Source: Octopus vulgaris
Taxonomy: Eukaryota
Direction: 5' to 3'
DNA: 64,000 bases
NCBI GenBank assembly: GCA_951406725.2
Contig: OX597823.1
Span: forward strand, 9,920,001-9,984,000
The notes below the pieces were generated by a model. The model worked only from the letters and a program-made list of their open reading frames with translations. It was not told the origin of the DNA and did not search any database. This document shows, one piece after another, positions 53,590-64,000 of the stretch (positions are counted from its first letter, which is position 1; each line of letters starts with the position of its first letter). The position numbers and the translations under genes are program-made.

Positions 53590-55475
53590 TCATAAAATTC
53601 ATAGAGCACTCTATGAATAAATGGCAAACAGTCCTACACCTCCAAACAAAAGAGGGACTCATGAAAACCAAAGACATCCCCATTAGAAGAGGAATATTCC
53701 AGGGAGACACGCTCTCTCCACTCCTTTTCTGCTTGGCACTGTCACCTCTATCTGATATGCTAAATAGAACTGGATGCGGATATAAATGTTACGGCAAAAT
53801 GATCAGCCACCTTTTATATATGGATGACCTAAAACTATACGCTGCAAATGACAAACAGCTAGAAACACTATTAAAGACAGTTCATGGATTTACCAAAGAA
53901 ATAGATATGAAATTTGGATTAGAAAAATGCGCCAAAGTAACCATGAAAAGAGGAAAACTAGTTAAGAGTAACAACATCACACTAGATAAAACCAATGAAA
54001 TAAAAGAATTAGACCAAAGCCAAACTTACAAATACTTAGGAATCCATGAACTAGATAAGACACAACACACACAAAGGAAAGAGAAAATAAAAAAAGAATA
54101 TTATAGACGAGTTATATCAATACTAAACACAGAGCTCAATGCCAAAAACAAGATAATAGGTATCAACACTTTAGCTGTCCCAGTTATAAGTTACAGCTAC
54201 AATATCCTTAACTGGACACGAAATGAACTGACCAAAATAGATAGGAAAACAAGAAAAATAATGACAGGATCTAGGATGCATCACCCAAAATCTGACATAG
54301 AAAGACTATATATACAACGTATAGAAGGTGGTAGAGGCCTTATACAGCTGGAAAACTACTATAAAATAACCACCATAGGACTGCAAAAATATCTACTTCA
54401 GAAGGAAGGAAAACTGATCCAGATAGCGGCAAAACACGAGCAAAACAAAAAACTGTTCTCAGTATTTAAGGAAGCTGACAAATACAAACAAGAAATCATA
54501 CCACCTAATAAACATGAAGAAGAAGAAGAAGATGAAGAAACAACAAAAGCTATAAAACAAATGAAATCCAAACTAAAAATAGAACAGCAACGAATCATGA
54601 TAAAACGATGGCAAGAAAAGCCCCTTCATGGTAAATACTGGACTAAACTAAACGCAAAAGAAATAGACAAAGAAAAATCCCAGCAATGGTTGAGAAGCTC
54701 AGGACTCAAAGCAGAAACAGAGGGATTTTTAATTGCAGCACAAGACCAAAGCCTCCCCACCAGAAATTACCAAAAACATGTAATGAAAAGAAATATTACA
54801 AGTAACTGCAGAATATGTGGAGATGGACAAGAAACAATAAATCATATTATCTCTAGCTGCCCAGTCCTGGCTAAGAAGGAATATATTCACAGACATGACA
54901 GAGTTGGAACCTACATACATTGGAAGCTATGCCAACATTATGGAATAACAACAGAAAAAGATGGTATAGGCACACACCAGAAAAGGTCACAGAAAACGAG
55001 AAAGCAACCATACTCTGGGATATGCCGATACACACAGATAGAGAAATTAAGGCCAACAGACCAGATATAGTTGTCAGAGACCATGAAGAAAAAAAATGCT
55101 TTCTAATTGATGTATCAATACCGGCTGATGACAACGTTTCTCTAAAAGAAATGGAGAAACTCTCAAAATACAAAGACCTGGAAATAGAGGTAACTAGAAT
55201 GTGGAATCTGAAAACAGAAACAATTCCTATCATAGTAGGTGCATTAGGCATGATAAAAAAATATTCAGACAAATACATAACAAAAACACCAGGACTTACA
55301 AACACATATAACATACAGAAAATTGCACTACTAGGCACTGCACACATCCTACGCAGAACACTTTCCATACAATAACCATCAGAGCATCACAACAAATCAC
55401 AGCACATACCCAAGGCACACAGAGCTGCGCTCGGTAGTGAAGTGAAATCACGCTATAAAAATAAAAATAAAACTA

Positions 55476-55480
<5 letters not shown>
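53587..55480 (+). mobile_element. Young 5'-truncated R4/Dong-type non-LTR retrotransposon (family A) inserted in (TAA)n
   Basis: Continuous RT-to-RLE coding, ~105-bp 3'UTR, and (TAA)n on both sides. Confidence 0.95.
53613..55375 (+). CDS. Reverse transcriptase (partial) + CCHC zinc knuckle + restriction-like endonuclease; single -1 frameshift at ~54955
   Basis: GIFQGDTLSPLLF, HLLYMDDLKL, YKYLG, GGRGL, CRICGDGQETINHIISSC, RHD; then, in the 54920 frame, NRPDIVV, LIDVSIP, KLSKYKDL, PIIVGALG, QKIALLGTAHILR. Confidence 0.93.
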
Positions 55481-55537
<57 letters not shown>

Positions 55538-55629
55538 GAATAATAATAATAATAATAAAAGAAGAAGAAGAAGAAGAAGAAGAAGAAGAAGAAGAAGAAG
55601 AACAACAACAACAACAACAACAACAAATA

Positions 55630-57540
55630 TAATATGGTGTTACCTCTGCCGTACAGAGGCGGGTGTAACCTCTGCGTCTGTGGCTGGCTTCCAGGAAGTT
55701 ACACAGGGCGAAATTGGTGTCCCAAAGCCTTGCTCGACAACCAAATTAGAGCTGGTGTTGTATTTGGGGATAACTCGTTACATGAAAATCTGAAATAAAC
55801 ACACCCGTGGAGCAAACCATGCAAAAATCATTCTAATTCGTTGCAACGATGACAACAATTTCAAACTCAAATAACGGCATGGAGGGAAAGACTCGCCTAG
55901 ATGTCCAAGAGGCCAGATCCCTTGCGCCCTGCAGGGGCTCCTGAAAGGGCAATTAATTGGGAGAGCAGACTTCACCCAATTGTAATCCTTACTGGTCAAA
56001 ATATGCAACGTTCTCGCAAGTGCAAGTGGTCTGTAGATAAAAACAAAAACGCAATTAAGTGTCATGAAGAAGTCTTACTAGACAAGAACAATGGCAAATG
56101 AAAAGCAGTCGGAAAAAGATCATTAAAATTTGGAACTGGCTGGGTATGTTCCAAATTATTGAAAATGGTCTCATGAATCATTTGTTAATGAGGCCCAGAT
56201 ACAGACAACCAGGAAAAGCCTCCGTAGTGATGATAACTTTGAGGAGAATAATGCAGGTGAAGATCAGCGAATACGTTGGCACTGTGTAGTAGAGGATAGG
56301 CTGGCCAATCAATATAATGGGGATAACCCTGTATTACGAGAGGGTTGTACTAAGGAACAGAAAAACCCCAGGATAAGACTCAAGGATATAATAGTTACAA
56401 GAACAGAGACCAAGCCAGTGAATTTGAGAAGCTTCATTGAAACGCGCGACAGCAAAAGGGTTGATCAGATTCTGAAATACATCCTAACAAAACATCTAAC
56501 AGAAACAAGGGATTTGATCAGATCCGCTTCAATTTTTGTAGGTGCACTGGTTGGAAAGAAACAGAGGAAAACGGAGGGGCAGAAGAAGCCATGTCCAAAG
56601 AGAAGATTTGAAAGCGATATCAAAACTGGCAGAATATGTGGTAAACCGCAAACAAGACCTGCTACAGTATGCTGCTAATCCAGAAAGATTTACCAAAAAT
56701 GGATTTAACAGTGCTAATTAATTCCGATCACGAGTAGCCAACGAGAGAGAAAAACCTCTACTCCGCATGGAATTGCATGGTCAGTTCCATCGTGAAACTA
56801 ACAACTTAAAGGACCAGGAATCATCATGGAGGTGATTCAGCAAGTGTAACCTAAAAAAGATTCAAAGACTAATCATTTCTGCTGAGGATCAGGCATTGAA
56901 TACCAACTCAGGGTGCAACGAACCTCTACAAAATGTGTGGTAAGAGGGTCGAAAGCGAGTGTGAAAGTCTTGTGCAGAAATAGTACAGACGCAGACACGA
57001 TAAGGTAGCGCAAAACCTTTACTAGCTACTAAGGCGGAAGTGTGGATACGACTTAACGGGTGCTTGGTACAAATATGCATCACAAAAGGTAATGAACGAA
57101 AAAAGGATGGCAGAAATCCTCTGGGACTTTGACATGCAGTCAGATATGGTGTTAGAGCACCGAGGGTAGGATATATTAATATTTAGGAGGGACAAACAAG
57201 AGTACCTAAAATCGACATGGTAGAGCAAGGAGATCAACTTATTGTCATGAAAGAAAGAGAAACGATTGATGAATATGGAGACCTAAGAATTGAGATCGCC
57301 CAGATGTGGCAGGTACGAGAGTCAAACATAAAGTTTGCCCCTATTGTCATCGGAGCTTTGGATTCAATACCACCCAACCTGAAGAAAGATATGTAAACTT
57401 TGAAAATACCCTACAATCTAGGTGTATTGCTAAAATCGGCCTTACCTGAAACTGCATGCATATTGCTGTCTGTCTATGGTCTTTGTTGTGGCTTGACAGA
57501 CAGTACAAACACTCGGTAGACACAATATATTCAATCAACA
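55630..57540 (+). mobile_element. Old, internally deleted R4/Dong-like element (family C) retaining a 5' region
   Basis: Remnants EILWDFDMQSD, EYGDLRIEIAQMW, PIVIGALDSIP and LLKSAL..TACIL; N-terminal-like IWNWLGMF; adjacent to TAA/GAA/CAA repeats. Confidence 0.75.
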
Positions 57541-60500
57541 ACATCACGATATTGGATACTGTGCGGAAAGCAAGGATTATCAGGAGGGTTCTGAGCACTT
57601 GAAAGTCTACTGGAAACTTGTTATCGACATAAATCTTACCAGGAATAACACCGAACCTGAGTCAAACCAAAGAATAAGACTTATAAAATATATTTTTTAA
57701 TATAATTTAGACACATGGTATCTCATATGGTATAATCTGTTGACTTGGAAGTTTGGATAAATGATGCTTCTCTCTAACAGATGGTACTTACAAAACGTAC
57801 ATTTAAAACAAACATGTAATAATCATTTGGTTGATATAATAATCAGTTGTGGTCGAAGATATAATTTTCAGAGGCCACGTGACCTTGGATTACATGGCAG
57901 ACGCCTTCGTTATTTTGCCGGCATGATATGCTACCCACTGCCAAACAGACATGGTTAACATCTCTCAGCGTATCTATATTCATAAAATGTTCATCGCTCG
58001 ATTATCAGATTTCCAGATTTAACACTGGTTTGCTAACACCTAAGATACATTGATTTCTCTTTGGTCCGGATAATTCACTTTCAAAATCAATACAAGACGT
58101 GTTGGCTACAGATACTTTCATGATGCAATTGATCAAGAAATCTTAGATTTGCAGGCTTTATTTTATTCTCTTGACTACGTAATCTACACAGTTTCCACTT
58201 CACGATTTAACACGTTAAAACCATTTATAATTGCTATTTTCCTTAGAGTTGTTTCTCCTCATATGTTTTTATTATCAATTTTGAGTTGATTCATACCGAG
58301 GAAATCATTAGATTTGTGAGGCGTATTGCCATTAAGAAGACAGATAGCTCTTGATCACATTGTCATGCGATACACGTGAGAATTCAACAATATCTATTCA
58401 TTTTCAAAGAACTCAGTTCTATATTGATACGCGAGAAAATTAATACCCATCTACGAGTGTATTTATGTATGTATAAGTGTATCATGTGTACATGTATGTG
58501 TATATGTTATATTGTACCTAAGAACTTAAAGCACCTTATCTTTTGAAGTGGAAATGAAACTATCCAACAATATTCTGTGTCATGTACGACAATCAACACA
58601 GCACTATGTCTATAAAACAAACGCTCTGATATATCAGTCATTCAGTCCGCCCACGTATGAATAGATGTAATGCATGTGTGAAGAGTTTACCGTTAGAAAA
58701 TAACGAGAGGGTTGTGTAATAGCGTTGTTGTGGTAAATTTAAAGTCTTTTATTTGTAACATTATTTGAACTAGTGTTTAATCCAGGGACAGAGATATCTT
58801 TCAACTATTTAGCTCTTTGAACAAGGATATATATATACATATACTTTACACAATTTGATGATACCTTCTAGGATAATAAATAATACTGAACACCTTATAT
58901 AACCTAATACTGCACGGTCGTTATTTTGGATGCGATAATAAAATAGAGAAAATGTTACAACAATCATTGTTTGCACGCATTCGGTATACAGTGTCGTTCA
59001 ATGATTGAAACAAGAGAAAATACATAATCATCTAGTTTTAGTTACCGTGCCAAGTCTAAGGAAGATGGAAGTGTTGCAGCCGGAATTAATCAGAAGGGTA
59101 CTGATTCAAGGAAGGAGTGATTCTATAGAACACATCCAACAGAACACGGTATTTCCTACAAAATTTAAAACAGGAAATGAACAGTCTCCACTAATAGATT
59201 CTTTTTTACTATTAACGTAAGTGTAAATATGCGTTGAATTGTTCTCTTCAATAGATGTAGCTCACTTGAATGTATTAATTGCCAGTTTCCTCAGCCGGCT
59301 TGAATGGGCTTGTTCTGGTTTGACATTATCTGTCTATATCAGTAACAGTACGTTCTCGCTAAATGTCATTGCCGCCGCCACAGATGTCACCACAGTTTGC
59401 TTTGTAGGCCGCCACCGTCCCTGCCCTGCGGTATGTTTACTCATTTAGTACGTTTTTTTCTCTTATGTTGAACACGAAACACGCCACGTCTTTATGCAGC
59501 AAAGTAACTTCATGCACTATATAAAGCCAGACAGACCAAAGTAAACTCATAGCCTGATGACAGCTACTTAGCGGAGACTTCGGAACCACTGCCAACTTTT
59601 TGTAAAGATTAATAGATATGTCCTCCACTAAAATATATTAAATGACGCTTCTCCTCGTCAATATTAGATCATTTTTATATATAAGGTTACACACATATAC
59701 ATACACACTCACACATATTTATGCATACATGCATATATATATGTACATATGTGTGTATGTGTGTGTGCGCGTGTATATATATATATGTATATCAATGTAT
59801 AATGTTGATCTATATTTCTATTCAATTAGAATAATAAATAGTGTAAGGCTACAGCCAGTGTTATCATACATAATGTTTGGAGTAATAAAAATCAAAAGGA
59901 AACCAGGACTAAATAGAGAAATATAGTACTAATCGATGATATATTCTCCCCCAGGGAGTACGAGAAACAGCATTGGCAAGTATTCGTTCTATTCAAATAT
60001 CAGTGAATCATCTACAATATATAAGAACATATACTTATTAGAACAAGAATGTATATTTAATTGTTTCAGATTATATAATATTCAGACTCCACACTGAATA
60101 GTAACATTTCAGTGGGTTAGTGTAAATATATTTTATTAAAAAGAAATAAAAAAGATACGATAAATAGAAGTTTATCTGCGGTGGCAGGTAAAAAGACTAT
60201 TTAGTAGTCAATCGCATAAAAGTCATCATTAATTTTTCTTCTCTCAGCAAGTAAATTCAGTTGTGTTTCTCTTTTTTTAAAATTTTTTCTGGTTACGGTT
60301 AAATAATTGTGTCTTAGAAGCTCTCTTATATGCACATTGAGAGATAATATATTACGCAGAAGAAAGAACAATGGCTTGCTACAACATGGACGGCTAGGGA
60401 AAGCTCTGAACTATGAAGTGCAACCGAAACTAGGTGATTCAAGAGAAGCGATGAGTAAATGATGCGGTCGCAGAATGCCCACAGGAATAAGTCTGCTGAG

Positions 60501-60920
60501 CGAGACACCATACAAACTTCACAGACAATTATAAAATCTGTGTAGCTATCAGGATGCAGGATTTGTTTCGAGTTAATTTCAGTTCGATTGACTGCTGTAA
60601 CTGAAAGTCCCCCACCTGCCTGAGTCCGTTGGAGTGAATCTCAATGATCATCTCCCGTAGGCAATTTCGTGACAAGATAATTAACCTATAGCTAAAGCCC
60701 TGATTTGTGTTTCTAGTGCGGGCCGGGTCAGAGTAAACCTGAAAACAATATTGGCTGAAAGGTGATTCCACACTCCTGCAAATGCCGGAAGTGCCGAACG
60801 TGGGTCACACCAGTGGAAGCAGTCATACAAAGACAAAATTTCTCCCTTACCTTCTCCCTCTCTCTCTCATTCTCCCTCTCTATCTCTCACTTCCTCTATC
60901 TGAATATCTATGTCTCTTAA

Positions 60921-61226
60921 TATCACGTGATCACGTGACCGACCAGACCATCAGATGTTGTTACACATCGCTAGTCACAATGCGTTCGCATTGTTTTAGC
61001 CTTCGAATGACGCCTCGCCGCTGGCTAAGCGAGCAGGCCAACGGAAGAAAGAGTGGAAGAAAGAGTGGTGAAAGAGTACAGCAGGGATCACCCCACCCTT
61101 GCCGGAGCCTCGTGGAGCTTTTAGGTGTTTTCGCTCAATAAACACACACAACGCCCGGTCTGGGAATCGAAACCGCGATCCTGCGACCGCGAGTTCGCTG
61201 CCATAACCACTAGGCCATTGCGCCTC
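60921..61226 (-). mobile_element. SINE family C (tail type 1) with 14-bp TSD
   Basis: Reverse complement of 8641; tatgtctcttaata duplicated at 60909 and 61227. Confidence 0.92.
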
Positions 61227-61237
61227 TATGTCTCTTA

Positions 61238-61272
<35 letters not shown>

Positions 61273-61643
61273 TGTATGTATGTATGTATGTATGTATGTA
61301 TGTATGTATGTATAGACTTCCATGGAGCCTTTACTAGATGGCTGGAGTGCTATAAGTGCATTGAAGTCAGAGCGTCGTTTGAAATTAATAAATATTTCCC
61401 TTGAAAAAAAACCCTTAAAACTTATGGAATGTACTTTGAATTCATATATATAATATATAATTCAAATCATGTGAATCTGCGTGGAACTGTTATAGTAAAT
61501 ATAAGAAACTCTTACCAAATATGTTAATTGAAGCTTTCGTGTGATCACTTACTCGTATACGTTTATATACACACACAACGGTTTTATAAAATTATTTTAG
61601 CATTTTCTATCTGGACTTTTTTCCACATATATATATATATATG

Positions 61644-61793
61644 CTCTTTTACTCTTTTACTTGTTTCAGTCATTTGACTGCGGCCATGCTGGAGCACCGC
61701 CTTTAATCGAGCTAAGTAACGGGGACATGAACACACCAGCATCGGTTGTCAAGCAATGCTAGGGGGACAAACACAGATACACAAACACACACA

Positions 61794-61848
<55 letters not shown>

Positions 61849-62009
61849 GACAGGCTTCTTTCAATTTCCGTCTACCAAATCCACTCACAAGGCTTTGGTC
61901 GGCCCTAGTCTATAGTAGAAGACACTTGCCCAAGGTGCCACGCTGTGGGACTGAGCCCGGAACCATGTGGTTGGTAAACAAGCTACTTACCACACAGCCA
62001 CTCCTGCGC
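61644..62009 (-). mobile_element. SINE family A (internal deletion)
   Basis: Identity to consensus with a ~60-bp gap after taatcgagc. Confidence 0.9.
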
Positions 62010-62059
<50 letters not shown>

Positions 62060-62083
62060 CTATATATATCTTCATGCACACAC

Positions 62084-62133
<50 letters not shown>

Positions 62134-62409
62134 GTATGCTGTTAAATTTGTTATAGTTTCCATTTCTATTCCTCCTAAATCTTTCTCTTCATTCAGATTG
62201 ATATATAGCATATCACGAAGCTTTTCATCCTCTCGTATTTCTTCCACTGTTATATTATTTTTATTTCGCAGGTTCGTATTGATTCGTCTCATTTTCTACA
62301 TCTTTTCTATCACGTATCTGTTCTAATTTCAAACACTTTTTCTTATTCATACCTCATCTTTATTCATTTGTTTTAAACATACACATACAGAGACTCAAAC
62401 ACAGATAAA

Positions 62410-62477
<68 letters not shown>

Positions 62478-62709
62478 AAAATTTATAAGTTTAAATTATT
62501 TAAATAATTTTTTAATTTTTAACTTTTATATTTTAAATTAATTTTATGTATTGGCTTATGTTTTTCACTGTTTGATTTGCCTAATAGTGGTTTTATCTCT
62601 AATTTAATATAATATAATATAATATATTTATACTATAAAATTGGATTTAATCCTAAATCTAATTTTTCCCAGTAAGTTTGGATTTATTCCCTAATATTAT
62701 TATTATTAT

Positions 62710-62753
<44 letters not shown>

Positions 62754-62765
62754 AGAGATAGAGAT

Positions 62766-63152
62766 AGAGTATTCGCAAAAAATAACAAAAGAGGAAGACG
62801 GGAGGTGTAGACAACAAACAGATGTATTAGTATAACGCTCGGGAAGTGAAAAAGCCTTTAACGTTTCGAGCCTATGCTCTTCCACAGAAAGGAACACAGA
62901 AAGAGACAAGGAGAGAAAATAAAGAATGTATAGTGGCTAGCGATCTATCATGGCGAATGCCGGGCTGAGGGTTTACACAGGAGAGCTAGGGAGAAGGGGA
63001 GATAATAAAGTAGTGGTGATCCCAAAACGAAGGTGTGCGTACGTGTGTATAAGAGAGTTTCTATGTGAGCGTGGAAGAGGGCTGGTGATCTTGACGTATG
63101 CGTGTGTGTGTTTGTAGGTGTGAAAATGTGGGTCTGTGAAGTGGTCAGTGCT
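62766..63152 (-). mobile_element. Longest family P1a pLTR-like copy, with HHR variant CUGUGGA
   Basis: Minus-strand cttt-CTGTGGA-A-gagc-atag-gctc-GAAACGTT-aaag at 62856-62891. Confidence 0.78.
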
Positions 63153-64000
63153 GCCCTATCTCTCTCTCACACACTCTCACTCTCTTTCTCTATATATACA
63201 CACACACGTATATTTACACAAATTTGTGTCTATGTATGAGCATGTGCATATGCATACGCCAGAAATAAGAGATTTCCATCAGGACTATTGGACACACCAA
63301 CGTAATCTTTAGTGTAAGCACAGGAATGGCATAACCAAGTATGACTCATAAGGTATATAGTTTCGACATGGTTTCTTCTTTTGCCTGGGCATCCGCTAGA
63401 GTGTGACACAGGGCAGATATGACTTTGTTTTTACCAAAAGAGACAAATATTTCGCTGCGGTAACTGAGTGAATTCGCCTTTAGAAGCTGACATTTGTCAC
63501 AAACATATTGTAGTTAACCTAAAGTTCCCTTATACCTAGACATTGCTTTGCGGTTTATACTGCGGAGTTTTTTTCTGACATGCCATTCAATTAATGCAAC
63601 TCAGTCAATGTTGCTGGTCGCATTTTAGCTAAAGCTGTAGCTTTAAATCTGTTCATAGTTACCTATTTCCTATTAAATACGGATAAAGAGCTAGAAATGC
63701 AGCGTCTGGGAATCCCATAGAGGGCAACACTTAGCAGATATTGTAACTAACCCAAAGTTCGCTAATGCTTAAAGACTGCTTGGAGCTGATACTACCGAAT
63801 ATATGTTTGTGTGTGTATGTTTGTGTTTATGTGTATGTATTATGTAAGTATGCATGTAAGTATGAATGTCTCCCTCTATTTTTGTTCCGAATCATTGCGT
63901 TCACAGTTAAAATTTTGTGAGGTCTTACCTGCACGGTGAAAAATAACCCGTCACTGTTTATTTTTTTGTGTGAGCTTGAATGGAATTCATTCAGGCGAAT

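Noticed and set aside
59042-59120. Possible small exon (tttag|t YRAKSKEDGSVAAGINQKGTDSRKE*)
   Set aside because: No recognisable homology, weak pyrimidine tract, and no partner exons; needs RNA-seq.

Overview
AT-rich, microsatellite-saturated eukaryotic DNA that is almost entirely repeats. It is most likely octopus (inferred from the SINE repertoire) and intergenic or deep-intronic. No host protein-coding gene could be supported, and most ORFs in the track are translations of (TA)n, (CA)n and (TAA)n. Recognisable content: (1) a near-intact, 5'-truncated R4/Dong-type RT-CCHC-RLE retrotransposon in (TAA)n, decayed copies of at least three other such families, and a recurrent ~520-bp non-coding TAA-tailed element; (2) at least five tRNA-derived SINE families; (3) non-autonomous Helitrons and mariner/Tc1, RTE, HERO-like and Penelope (GIY-YIG) remnants; (4) a gag/ORF1-only retroelement inserted into a SINE head. 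The main finding is a set of about a dozen hammerhead-ribozyme (HHR) motifs from several unrelated short non-coding elements embedded in (TA)n tracts. Many are divergent head-to-head palindromes, and the catalytic cores are family-specific: canonical CUGAUGA, compensatory GUGAACA (G3-C8), CUGUNGA, CCGANGA and CUGAUGC. This looks like a Penelope-driven, TA-targeting, ribozyme-carrying non-autonomous retroelement system. Coordinates were read by eye and may be off by a few bases.
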